A DNA stretch of 64,000 bases from Nitrosopumilus sp. GTDB lineage: Archaea; Thermoproteota; Nitrososphaeria; Nitrososphaerales; Nitrosopumilaceae. The notes below the pieces were generated by a model. It worked only from the letters and a program-made list of their open reading frames with translations, searched no databases and had not been told where the DNA came from. How positions within the stretch are numbered: the stretch's first letter is position 1; each line of letters begins with the position of its first letter. This document shows, one piece after another, positions 19,965-31,289 of this stretch. The DNA lies in the NCBI GenBank assembly GCA_965214775.1, contig OZ243974.1, forward strand, positions 384,001-448,000, given 5' to 3'. A program made the translations under genes and the position numbers.

Positions 19965-21124
19965 ATGATCAACATAGGAATAGATGTTCATAAGAAGACA
20001 TGTATAGTAACCGTCAAGGACCAGACTGCAAAGATACTGGAGCAGACGGAGTTTTCCAACACGTCATACGGGATAAAAAAATTTGCCGTACAGATCAAAA
20101 AGAGATATGCACGACGCAAGATCCGGGCAGTCTACGAGGCAACAGGAAACTATTGGATACTGCTGCATGATATGCTTGAAGACAACAAGATAGACACAAA
20201 GCTTGCGCATCCTGCCAAGACCAAGGCCATAGCGCATGCAAAACTAAAGGACGACAGGGTGGACTCTGAAGTGCTGGCAGACCTGCTCAGGACGGACATG
20301 GCGTACGAGTCGTTCGTGCCTGACAGATACTACAGGGACCTGCGCGGCCTCTCAAGGGCCAGGATCGACGCCGTACGCCTGGGAACCGGCGAAAAGAACA
20401 AGATAACTGCCATACTTGCAAAGGTATGTGGTCACCTATCCCCGCCAATCAGGCACGAATTAGTATACACAATTATGATTTCCATGCCTAGCCAGTAAGG
20501 GGACGTGACCACATACTTGCAAAGTATGCCGCAAAGCCCCCTACAAAGGGAAGATTCACCGTACAGGGAATCCAGTGGATGCACGAGCTCTGCAGAGACG
20601 ACGGCAAAAAGAAGTACAACATCTCAGAGATGGACAAAATGATGATAAGCACAGGACTGGACAGGATTGAGATGATGCGACAGCAGGTAGTGGAATTTGA
20701 GCGCAGGATTGCAGCCATCTGCATTAACGATCCCAGAATCAAGCTCCTGATGACGGTTCCCGGAATAAGCTACGTGACCGCACTTGCCATAATATCCGAA
20801 ATAGTGGACATAAAGAGATTTGCCACAGCAGAAAAGCTTGCAGCATACGCGGGCCTGATACCGTCACATCACAACAGCGGTGAGACCATACGGGGCGGAT
20901 CCATAACTCGGACTGGTTCTGCATGGCTTCGGTACGCCATCGTAAACGCAGCCACGGTAGGGGTGCAATACGATACCAGGATGGGTGAGAGATACGACAG
21001 AATAGCCAGACGCAGGGGAAAGCAAAAGGCCAAGGTGGCAGTAGCCAGAACGCTTGCAAAGGTGATCTGGCACATGCTGACTGATGAAACGGAATACCGC
21101 ACGCAGGACAAGGAACTCACGCAA
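19965..21124 (+). pseudogene. IS110-family recombinase, interrupted by a MITE and by the IS6 cargo transposon
   Basis: GIDVHK, YEATG, KDDRVDS (DEDD), TVPGIS, AYAGLIP...SG; SD GGAGGTG at 19953-19959. Confidence 0.93.
20424..20516. mobile_element. 93-bp MITE (family C) inserted in the IS110 gene
   Basis: TIR GTATGTGGTCAC/GTGACCACATAC; 8-bp TSD TTGCAAAG; removal restores the frame. Confidence 0.93.
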
Positions 21125-21137
21125 GGAACTGGGAAGT

Positions 21138-22286
21138 TTACGGTAGATGATTCTCCCTGGGAAATGCCGGTAGACTGGATTTTGAGGCGTTCTGAATGAT
21201 GGTCTTCCACTTGTCCTTGCCCTGAATCCTGATGCCTGCCCTGTCTGCTGGTGTATCGCCTTCCAGTCCTTGGTGGGGCCTGATGTAGTTATGGTGAATC
21301 TGCATTCCTGTGAATATGGCAGAGTCATCCTTCTTGATTCCCCTGACTACCTTTTCCCTTGCCCTCAGTGTATTTCCGTTGAAGGACTCCATCTGGTTGT
21401 TGTTCATGTCACCCGCCATGTGGATGTGACGGCGGTGCTCGGTGTCCTTGTGAAGAAAGTTCTTTGGCCTGTACTGCTCATTCCACGCATGGTGAAAGTT
21501 GGCAGCTCCGTCAGAGATCAGGGTCTTTGGGATTTTTTTGGCCTTTCTTTTGGCATCTGTAAACATCGGGGAGACATCATCATTTCCCTTATGTTCTGCC
21601 ACCATCTGGGATAGCCAGAAACGGGTCTCGCTGTCCAGCATCGCAAAGAGGTATTTTCTGTCGCCCTTGATTTTCAGGTAGAGCTCGTCTGTCCTCCATT
21701 GCTCACCTACTTGTGGAGTTATCCTGTCTAGATACTTCTCCATGAGGTTTACATATTTCTTGACCCAGTTCTGAACCGTCCTGTATGTGACGGTAATTCC
21801 AGTCAGTGTCAATGATTGTGCTGTCTTTCTTGATGATTCCCCGTTAAAGTAGAGGTTCATTGCCATTGTGATTTGGTCTGGGGTGGCACTCATGTTTTCA
21901 AATCCTAGGTTGATTGAAAACTTGCGTTTACAGTCATTACATCTGAACATCTGAACATCATGGTTCTTGTTGTGTCGTACACCCATTTTTACTATGTTTG
22001 CAGAATTGCAATACTTGCAGGAGTCAATGGTGACTTCAGGGATTACAACATCATCTTTGACTTTTTGGTGAATCTTGGCAGATATTTCAACTGCGTGGAC
22101 ATGCTTGCAGCAAGTCCTGCGGAACTGGTGATCCTCGCAGGAGCAGGCCCAGCCATATTCAGTGGAAATAACGTCATGCTGTTTGTCTCTTGATTGTGAG
22201 TTTACTTTGTAATGGCTTTCATTTATTCGTACAATTTGGTTTTGTTTTTCTGCTATCTGCTTTCCTCTGATCTCTCTTTGGTTCAT
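21138..22286 (-). CDS. IS6-family DDE transposase with N-terminal SWIM-like and Zn-ribbon motifs
   Basis: CSCEDH..CCKH, CKYC..CNDC, WRTDELYLKIKG, ISDG, NNNQMESFN. Confidence 0.88.
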   Translation of the reverse strand: MNQREIRGKQIAEKQNQIVRINESHYKVNSQSRDKQHDVISTEYGWACSCEDHQFRRTCCKHVHAVEISAKIHQKVKDDVVIPEVTIDSCKYCNSANIVKMGVRHNKNHDVQMFRCNDCKRKFSINLGFENMSATPDQITMAMNLYFNGESSRKTAQSLTLTGITVTYRTVQNWVKKYVNLMEKYLDRITPQVGEQWRTDELYLKIKGDRKYLFAMLDSETRFWLSQMVAEHKGNDDVSPMFTDAKRKAKKIPKTLISDGAANFHHAWNEQYRPKNFLHKDTEHRRHIHMAGDMNNNQMESFNGNTLRAREKVVRGIKKDDSAIFTGMQIHHNYIRPHQGLEGDTPADRAGIRIQGKDKWKTIIQNASKSSLPAFPRENHLP

Positions 22287-22493
22287 GCGGATCGCACCTC
22301 AAAAATTAATATTGGATTGGAATCAAAGAGATTCAAGGACTCGGTGTCAACCGCGTTCTTCGTCATTGGGAGGATCATTCCCTCTGACTCTTGATTTTTC
22401 TTCATAGTCTTTCTCGCTCCTTGATTCATACCAATAAATAGTTGATATATCATATAAATCTATACCAATAATTAATTGACATAAAAACATATA

Positions 22494-22736
22494 ATGGGAG
22501 GTTGTGTGATTCATTGTATGGGGACTGTCGTATACCGCCAGCGTGGAGACAAAGAATATGTTTACTACGTCTATTATGATGAAAAGCGAAGAACAGAGGT
22601 TTATTGCGGACTGTCTTCAGATCCGGAATCTGACAAAAAAATCCTGCAATGCAAAAAAAACGATCTTACCAAACAGAAAGCCAACATTACAAAAGAACTT
22701 GAAGTAATTACAAAAAAAATCCAACGTGGAACATGA
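22494..22736 (+). CDS. Small hypothetical protein (beta-rich N-terminus plus coiled coil), first gene of the R-M operon
   Basis: 80-aa ORF with ATGA overlap to the MTase; divergent from the transposase across an AT-rich promoter region. Confidence 0.6.
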   Translation: MGGCVIHCMGTVVYRQRGDKEYVYYVYYDEKRRTEVYCGLSSDPESDKKILQCKKNDLTKQKANITKELEVITKKIQRGT

Positions 22737-23762
22737 TGTCTGCTACAAAAAACACCCCGAAAACAATGATCCCGTTCATAAACACAATCCAGTGTGGCGA
22801 CAGTGCTAGGATTCTAAAACAGATTCCAGATGATTCGATAGATTTGGTTATCACGTCACCCCCCTACTTTCGGCAACGGGAATACGCTGGCTGTGAGGTG
22901 GGTGGTGAAAAACACGTGGAAGACTATATCGATGCGGTCATGGATGTGTTCCGTGAATGTGTGAGAATTACAAAGAGGTGCGGTAGCGTTGTCTTCAACA
23001 TGGGTGACAAATATGAAAACGGTTCTTTAATGCTGATCCCTTACAAATTTGCAATCCAAGCCATGAATGTAAAAAATGTAAAACTGGTAAATGATATAAC
23101 TTGGATCAAAAAGAATCCCACACCTAGACAGTTCAAAAGGCGCCTTGTAAGCAGTACTGAGCCATTCTTCCACTTCGTAAAATCATCCGATTACTACTAT
23201 GACATAGATGCATTTCAGGTCCGTAAAGACGACGACAGCCTGCCACCCACCAAAAACACGACGATTGGTAACAGATACAGAACAATGATCAGGGATTCGG
23301 AGCTTACCGCATCCGAAAAAAGAAAGGCGGTAAGAGAGTTAAACAAGGCCGTCAAGGAAGTGAAGGACGGCACAATAACAGGATTTAGAATGAAGATACG
23401 CGGCATACACGCACCTGCATTCGGCGGACAAAATGGTGGCAGAAAGATTCAGCTTGACAAGAACGGATTTACAATAATCCGGATGTCTGGAAATCCTCTA
23501 AAGCGGGATACGATAACCAGTAGTGTAGAAAGCCTCAGATGGAACAAACATCCTGCCATATATCCAGAGGTCGTAATATCGGAGATGATCCATCTCCTCA
23601 CACCCCCCCCCCAACAAGACCATAATCCTTGATCCATACATAGGAAGCGGCACTACGGGAGTGGTTGCCAAAAAGACAGGCAGGCAGTTTATAGGCATTG
23701 ATATAAATCCCGAATTTTGTGATATGGCCGCCAAACGTATTGAATTGGTTGATGAAATATGA
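22733..23762 (+). CDS. Beta-class N4-C/N6-A DNA methyltransferase, frameshifted at a C10 tract
   Basis: ITSPPY motif IV; motif I ([10 protein letters not shown]) lies one base out of frame after 23603-23612; the restored stop overlaps the ATG at 23759. Confidence 0.88.
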
Positions 23763-24862
23763 ATGTAGAACATCACCACTGTCTGAAAATATTAAAAAAG
23801 TGCCTCAAGGAGGCCGGTGTGCATGTGCCAGTATGTGGTGATGACGTAAAAAAACACCTAGATGTCATTATTTCAAACAGTGAAAAAAAGAAGGCGGTTT
23901 TGGCAGTAACAGTGACATCGCTGACAAAGAAGGCGGTAGACCCGCAACAAGACATCCGGCGTCATCAGAGTGGGCTTGATGGTGGATATTCAGGAAGAAC
24001 CCTTGATACCAAGACAGTCACCCCGTTTCTCAAGGCCAATCAGTTTCCAGCCATGTCGGAGTCCGGATGGCTTACACGATCCTTGGAACAGAATCAACCA
24101 TACACATTGGATTACAAAGGCAGTGTCACTCCACATAAACTAAAGCAGGCATTCTTGTGCACGTTGGACAGGGTGCAAAACCACGATGAATCCCCCATAG
24201 AACTGCTAACATATTTGTTGAGTGGATTAATCAAACAACGAGATGAAAATACCAAACTCAGACTAGCCAAACCCGTAGACCTGCCAATCAGGACAATCAT
24301 GTCATATCTAAATAAGCATTTCATGTCTCAGTATAGCAGTGCAGGAGGTTCCAGACTACCGGTGTTGGCGATATACGCTGCATATCAACAGATGATTTCC
24401 GAGGTGGGGCGATATAGAAAACATGTCCTAAAACAACTCGAATCACACACATCACCAGACAGGCGTTCTGGTGCAACTGGAGACATTGAGGTTGCAGACG
24501 AGCAATCCAAAATTTTTGAGGCCGTAGAGGTGAAACATCGGATTAGAATAACGCCTTCTTTGGTAAGAGAAGCACATATGAAATTCAAATCAGAGCCAAT
24601 CAAACGGTACTATCTATTGACCACGGATGAGCAGGATCAGAACAGTGAAGAGATAACTGCCGAAGTTGTAAAAATCAGTCAGATTCATGGATGTCAGGTT
24701 ATTGTAAACGGGGTCATGAACACCCTGAAATACTATCTTCGTCTATTAAAAACACCCGACGACTTTGTGCATAATTATGTGCGTCTGATAGAAAAGGATG
24801 AGTCAGTAAAGTTCGAACATAGACAACGCTGGAATGACATTGTTCAAAATCAGGGAGCGTGA
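23759..24862 (+). CDS. Putative type II restriction endonuclease (PD-(D/E)xK)
   Basis: TGDIEV...EAVEVK motif; coupled to the MTase. Confidence 0.72.
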   Translation: MNVEHHHCLKILKKCLKEAGVHVPVCGDDVKKHLDVIISNSEKKKAVLAVTVTSLTKKAVDPQQDIRRHQSGLDGGYSGRTLDTKTVTPFLKANQFPAMSESGWLTRSLEQNQPYTLDYKGSVTPHKLKQAFLCTLDRVQNHDESPIELLTYLLSGLIKQRDENTKLRLAKPVDLPIRTIMSYLNKHFMSQYSSAGGSRLPVLAIYAAYQQMISEVGRYRKHVLKQLESHTSPDRRSGATGDIEVADEQSKIFEAVEVKHRIRITPSLVREAHMKFKSEPIKRYYLLTTDEQDQNSEEITAEVVKISQIHGCQVIVNGVMNTLKYYLRLLKTPDDFVHNYVRLIEKDESVKFEHRQRWNDIVQNQGA

Positions 24863-24869
24863 CACTCCA

Positions 24870-25088
24870 ATGGGACGGATTTATCATGGCAGACCAACCA
24901 CTCACACCAACGGAAAATGTCCAAAATGCGGAGTAATTGGATTAATGGATTTGTTGGGTACCGCAACCATATTTGATCTTTTTTGCGTTCCAACAATTGA
25001 GTTTTACACGCCTGATTTAGGTATTACGCAACAATACGCGACAAGAGTCTTGCCCCCTCCGGAAGATATCGCGTGGAAGGCACGGTAG
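24870..25088 (+). CDS. Small hypothetical protein with CPKC motif
   Basis: ATG 8 nt after the REase stop; weak evidence. Confidence 0.35.
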   Translation: MGRIYHGRPTTHTNGKCPKCGVIGLMDLLGTATIFDLFCVPTIEFYTPDLGITQQYATRVLPPPEDIAWKAR

Positions 25089-25252
25089 TAAAGACCCCGG
25101 CAGGCAGTGTCACCTGTGGGGCATGCCGGCAATCACAAATCCTTGAATGCCATCGACCGTTTGCAGGGGTGTCTGATCATAAAGCACTTCAAGAATTTTT
25201 ACCGGCCGGTACAAGCCCTTGCCGCAGGTCGGGCCCGCCGTGATCGCGCTGG

Positions 25253-28200
25253 CTAGCCGAGGCCTGCCGCATGCAGCAGCCGCACCTGCCGGGCCGACAG
25301 CTCGGCGCCGTACACGCGCAGCTCGTCAAGAACCGAGTCGATCCTGTCGGGATCCCACCAGGTGGTGGTCCTCACGGTGAACGCATGGTCGTTTGTCGTG
25401 CTGCCTGCCAGCCCCAGGCCCCTGCGGTATTGGCCATAGTCCCGGTGCTCGCCGTCGATATACGCATTCAGGCCCTCCTTTGCGCCCGAGCCGTCGTACG
25501 TGAATGCGATATGGTGCCAGGCCCCGTCTGACATGTTCAGGTGGTTGGGGGTGTGCACGTTTATGAACGTGGAGTTGTCGTGTATCAAAAGCAGGATCCT
25601 GTTGGGCGCCCCTCCCCATATCCACACGTACAAGCCGGTATGGCCGAACGACTCTGCCTTGGACATTATCATGGTGCTGTTGTTGACGGGCACGTCCTGC
25701 CTGAGCCAGAACGCTATGCTGAACGGGTCGGTGCGCCCAAAGTCAAAGTCGGCCTCGCCCGCAAGGGCGACGTTCGTAGAGCCGTCAAGCTGCAGCCCCC
25801 TGCCTATCCTGCCAGGCACGTACGTGACATCCCCTGCAGCCGCCGTGCCGTTGTTGTCCCCCGTTGCATCTGTCAGGCTGCCCTCAAAGGACAGGCCTGC
25901 CACGAGCTCCTCGTAGGGGGCCGTTACGGCCACGGGATCGGCGATCGTGACCCGTATGCCGCCCATCGGACTTCCGTCCCCGTCCACCAGCCCGACCCTG
26001 AACGTGCCTCCCGCCGCTGCGTCCGCGTCGTCGGCGGTCCTCAGCAGTATCGTATACTGGGAGCCGGGCGCGTTGATCGTGTGGTACCTTACGTCGTACG
26101 CGGAGCCTGCGTGGTTGTCAAGCTCCATCGTGCGGCGCCGCTGCCCCGGAAAGTCCGTGCACACCGCAGTGTCGCACCCGGAGCCCTCCGGGAATCCCCC
26201 AAAGTCGTCCACGGTAAGCGAGCTGCTGTATATGGCAAGGGCGTCGTGCTGGTGCCTTGCGCCATCAACGGTCACCGTATACTCGAAGGTCTGTCCCGGA
26301 AATATCCTGTCGGGGCCCGTGATCCTCCAGGTGGTGTCCCCGTCCGTTATCGTCCTCGTGGACGGCGGCATCACCGTTACCGGTATGCCTCCCACCTGGT
26401 TGTTGTTGCTGTCCATCATGCCGACTGTGGCCTGCGTGCCCGCCGGCGCATCGGCTGCCGGCTGCAGCAGTATGGTATGGCTGGATCTGGACTTTTTCAT
26501 CTTGTTGTGCATGGCAGTATACGGCGAGTCCTCGTCACTGGCTATCTTGTACGTGTCGTGCTTTTGCTCTGGAAACCCCGCGCATATCACGGTCTGGCAG
26601 TCCGTATCGGAATCGTGCCATCCGAGGTCCCGCTCTGTACACGGCAAGGGCCTCCTCTCGCGGCCTTGCCCCGTCCTCGAGTGTTACGGTATACTCGAAG
26701 GTCTGCCCCGCAAACACCCTGTCCGGACCCGTGACGCTCCACGTGGATCGGCCCGTGCTCACGGTCTGGGAGACGTCCAGGACGGCGTCAGAGGCGTCCA
26801 CGTGTATGACAAACCAGTCCCTCTGCGAGTTTGCAGAGCCGTCTGTCGCCGTGCATACTACCTCGGTGAATCCGGGAGCAAACGTCGATCCGGACTCGTG
26901 CGTGCACGATACTGCCACGACCCCGTCTACGAGGTCGGAGGCAGTCGGCGCATCGTAGCTGACTGCCATTCCACGGCCCGCCGGATCATCTACGTCTATG
27001 TCGCGCAGGCCGGAGATGGCAGGCGGCGTGGTGTCCCGTATCGTAACAGTCTGGGTGGCCGTCGCCGCGTTGCCTGCAGAGTCGGTGGCAGTCCACGTGA
27101 CTGTCGTGTTGCCCAACGGGAACGACTCTGGGGCGTCGTTTGTAATTGTGGGGCTGGGATCGGCAACGTCGGTAACAGTGGAAGTCCCATAGTCGCCGGC
27201 ACTCAGGACCGTCATGATGCCGGCAGCCTCGGCCGTATGATCGGCGGGTGCCATGATCCGGGGCGGCGTGGTGTCCTGTATCGTAACAGTCTGGGTTGCA
27301 GTAGCCGCGTTGCCCGCAGAATCGGTGGCAGTCCATGTCACTATGGTATCGCCAAGCGGGAACGATTCCGGTGCGTCGTTTGTGATTGCCGGATCCGGAT
27401 CCGCAATGTCGGATGCAGTGGCCTGCCCTATGGATACGGCAGTCAGCACGCCGGAAGCCTCGATTGTGACATCTGGGGGTGTGGTGATGCTCGGCAGTGT
27501 CGTGTCCTGTATCGTAACAGTCTGGGTTGCAGTAGCCGCGTTGCCCGCAGAATCGGTGGCAGTCCATGTCACTATGGTATCGCCAAGCGGGAACGATTCC
27601 GGTGCGTCGTTTGTGATTGCCGGATCCGGATCAACATCGTCTGAGGCCACGGCGTCGCCCAGACCCACGTCGGAGGCAGGGGTGAGGACGGCAGTCGCCT
27701 CGGCCGTCACGTCCTCTGGCGCCGTGATTGAAGGCGGCGTCGTGTCGCCTGCGTCACCGTCGTATATCCGAATGTCGTCAAGCTCCGCATCCTCGTTGTT
27801 TGAGCTGGAACGCGCCTCGAACCTCACCTTGAAGGAGTCCGACGCGTTTGAGAGGACATAGCTGTGGTGATGCCAGGCGCCGTCGTCGCCTGCGTTGTTT
27901 GCGGTAAAGTTTGCAAGTTGGATCCACGTGGTGCCGCCGTCACTGGAGGTGTGGACGTATATCCCCTCGTTGTTTGAGACGTCGGCCCCCGTCGCGACGA
28001 ACCTGTAAAAGCTGAGCACGGGCTGGGACATCTGCGTCAGGTCCACCACGTCTATCATCGTCATCGAGCACACGTCGTCGCAGTCCTCGGCTCCCCCCAC
28101 CTTGTTTCCGGGCTGGGATCCCGGAACTGGCTCTGTCGGGTCTGGCCTGATCGACCAGTACTCGTCATCGCCCGTGGTCAGATGCCACCTTGAGAGATCC

Positions 28201-29897
28201 ATCCCCTCAAAGTCCTCTGCAAAGGAGTCGACGGTGGCCTGCACCGGCGCATCAAGCGTCACGGTGACGCTGCTTGTGGCGGTTGCGCCGTCCCCGTTTG
28301 CCGATTCCACTGCGATGGTGTGGTTGCCGTTGTCCAGTCCGGTCAGGACCGATTCAAAGCTTGCAGTGACGTCGGATATGTGGGTCACCTCGACGGGATT
28401 CGTGGCAGGTACAATGCCGTCTACGTAGACCTTCACGTACTCTATCCCAGAGCCCTCAGGCTCGTAGACCCACCCCGATACTGCGATGTCTGGCACGGTT
28501 ACGGTGGATCCTGCTGCCGGGGCCGTGATCGTTATGACTGGCGGCGTGGGATCCTCGATGTTTACGTTCACCAGGTTCGAGGCAGGCGACAGCCCGTGCG
28601 CGTTTTTGGCAAATATCCTAAAGTACATGTCGTAGCCGGGATATCCGGTATGCTCGATGCTCGTGGTCGTTTCAGAGACGGTGTCGTGAAGGTTCCATCT
28701 CTGGGTGTCCGGCGACCTTTCTATTCTAAACGAGGTGATGTTAGAGCCCCCGTCGTCCGGGATGCTCCAGGCAAGCGTGATGTTGTTTCCCGACAGGGTG
28801 TAGGAAAGGTCGTCGACCGGGTCGGGTACGGTCTGCGTGGACGGCCCGACGATCGAGATCACCCCCTCCCTTGTGTGGCCGATTCTCTTGTCCGTGACGG
28901 TGTACCTTATGGTGTCAGATTCCGGCGTGGAGCTTGCCGGGGTGTACTCGAGCCGGATGGCCGTGCCGTTTGTGGTCGGGATCTTTTCGGTGGTGCTGGT
29001 GTGGCTCAGGCTTCCCTTTGTGGGGTGCTCTTTGAGATAAAACGTCAGATAGTCGCCGTCGGTGTCTATTGCGTTTATGTCGACTGTGACCCTGTCGTTT
29101 GTGGCCACGTCTATGTCCCTGTTCTGGACCGTGGGAACCTGGTTTCTGGTTGCGATGTTGTTGCAGTCAAGCGATGTCACGGTTCCTGCGATAAACGAGT
29201 TGCCCCGGCATTCCTTGCCGATGTACCCCTCCGAGACGGACGGCTGGGACAGGGAGGCTGAGGCGGGAAGGTTTGTCCAAGAGCCGTTCTGCCTTATCTT
29301 CATGCCGGTGAACTTGCTCATCGGAATTGACGAATAGTCGTCTGTGGCAGAGACGGTTCCCTCTATTCCAAAGTTGCCATGGTAGACATTATTTGGATTC
29401 ATGAAAAGCTGCGCCTGTGGGTACGGGATTGTCACGTCCGGGGTCGTGACATACACCTGGACGTTGCTTGTCAGGTACTTTTGTATCTTTACTGATATGT
29501 CATCGCCGGGATCAACGCGACCGTTTGATACTAGGTATTCTTGGTAAACATCAAGATCGCCTATCACATAATTAAATCCATAATAGGTGCTCAGGACGGC
29601 GACGCATCCAACGTTTAGGAAATGTCCTTTTGTAACTCCTGCCTCCACCCATTCCCCGGTATTTGCAACCAGCCAGCCGGCAGCTGCTGCGGTATTGTCG
29701 CATTCCGTCCTGTCTATCCACAGATCCGGCGAATCCAGCTGGTACTCTATGCCTTCGATTGGGGTAAGACGGCTGGTCTGCTGCCATACATGGCAACGAG
29801 GGTCAGCACAGTCAAAGATTCCAAATGCGTCCTGGCCATATGCAACAATACACAGTGCAAAGACTGCAAAAAACAAAACGGGAAACTTGGTCATCAT
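25253..29897 (-). CDS. Large secreted multidomain protein (signal peptide, possible peptidase domain, Ig/cadherin-like, FN3, HYR repeats, LamG); frameshift near 26640
   Basis: ORFs 26535..29897 and 25253..26647 share a duplicated module (TWxVTGPDRxFxGQTFEYTVT); HYR-like DTTPP...FPLGDTIVTWTATD; LamG DGAWHHIAFTYDG...LDELRVY. Confidence 0.8.
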
Positions 29898-30889
29898 TTT
29901 ACCGCCGACAAGCTGTTAAAGACGGGCAACAGCTCATCAAGCGTGTGATAACGTGAATTTACGCCCATCGACGTATGTTCATCATGATGGAAGCTGATGC
30001 CTGCACGATAATGATTCAGGGCATTTCCGCCCTCAAATGCACTTACCGTTTTCCCGTCATGCGTCATCTCCCTGAAGCCCTCCCCGTAGTTGCCGGGCTG
30101 GGAACCAAAAACTTCTTTGATATATTCTATCTCATCTTCAATCTCGTCAAGAGGAACAACGCTATACTCGGCCCAAACCCTAAATCCCTCGGAGAACTTC
30201 AATTCATAGTTGGTCACGTTTTCGTTTAATACAAAGGTAGTTGGAACAAACTGTATCCTCAGCTTGCAGTCACCTGAAGGGTAGCAAGTATTGTCTGCAT
30301 ACAGCAACCGCTGCCCATCAGGAATGTATGTGGGCATCCAGTCCTCAATATGGAACCCTACTCTGGGGGTTATGGAGTATTTTTCATGCTGTGTTGCAGA
30401 CAGTCTTATCAGGTTGTCGGGGCCGACATCGTCGGGGGTTATGTCACTGTCCATGATATTTTCATAGTAGGGCCACGGGGGAGGGTATCTTGCAAGTGTG
30501 GATCTTTTGATCTCCCGCCCGTCATCGACGAACTCCACGGGAGACGAGGCACTCAGCACCACAAATCCGTCGACTTCTCCGGCATCGGGGCCGTCGATGT
30601 TGCTGCCGTGCCCGGCTTTTGCCGCCTCCGGCAGCTGCAGGTCATGGCGTTCTGCTGCCTGTGCTACCGGCACCCATCCCTTTTGCAGCAGTTTTTGCAC
30701 CGAGCCCTCACTGACGCAGGCAGGCGTTCCGCGCGTGGTCTCCATCAGCGTCTTTGAATCCCGGCACTGTATCTCCTCTAGCGCGATACCGCTTTGAAAT
30801 TGTTTGTAGGGAGTGTCAGTTTCTGCAAATGCAGGCATTGCAGATAATCCGATTGCCAGGAACAGTCCCAGTAGCGTCTTGTAGATCAC
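29894..30889 (-). CDS. Secreted protein with thaumarchaeal N-terminal Cys motif (PxKQ..GI..IxC...GxPACV)
   Basis: Signal peptide; the same motif occurs in 41252..42894; ATGA-coupled to the downstream gene. Confidence 0.75.
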   Translation of the reverse strand: MIYKTLLGLFLAIGLSAMPAFAETDTPYKQFQSGIALEEIQCRDSKTLMETTRGTPACVSEGSVQKLLQKGWVPVAQAAERHDLQLPEAAKAGHGSNIDGPDAGEVDGFVVLSASSPVEFVDDGREIKRSTLARYPPPWPYYENIMDSDITPDDVGPDNLIRLSATQHEKYSITPRVGFHIEDWMPTYIPDGQRLLYADNTCYPSGDCKLRIQFVPTTFVLNENVTNYELKFSEGFRVWAEYSVVPLDEIEDEIEYIKEVFGSQPGNYGEGFREMTHDGKTVSAFEGGNALNHYRAGISFHHDEHTSMGVNSRYHTLDELLPVFNSLSAVK

Positions 30890-31008
30890 TGGTTTTTCAT
30901 AAAAGGGATTCTATAAAAGTGATCCCTGCAATCTAGTCGTAAGTTATGCCCCATCAACGGATCAGATCTGGTTGTTGCGTAATTCCACTTGATTGATTTC
31001 TACAACAT

Positions 31009-31128
31009 CAGTCTTCCCAGAAGTTACCCACAAGACGGCTCCAAACCTGAAATAACACAGATCAGACTGCCTGCAGGCCCGCATGTAGCCACCTGCACCG
31101 CCATGAGTCTGGCACATCCGGGAGACTG
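31009..31128. mobile_element. About 120-bp MITE (family D, CAGTCTTCC ends)
   Basis: Similar to 55721-55838 and the split copy at 52084-54318. Confidence 0.75.
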
Positions 31129-31289
31129 ACTTAACAGTCCCATTCATAAAATCCCGCCAAACGACAGTGAACACGGCAAAATACCAAACGCAGATTACAC
31201 AGAACCTTGTAACTATTTTTTATTTATTAGATCTACCGACATTTCCCAAGGAGAATCATCTACCGTAAACTTCCCAGTTCCTCACGCAA

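Larger units (their letters stand above)
21125..31281. mobile_element. 10,157-bp IS6-family cargo transposon
   Basis: 50-bp IRs (48/50) at 21125-21174 and 31232-31281; 8-bp TSD TCACGCAA; splits the IS110 gene. Confidence 0.92.
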
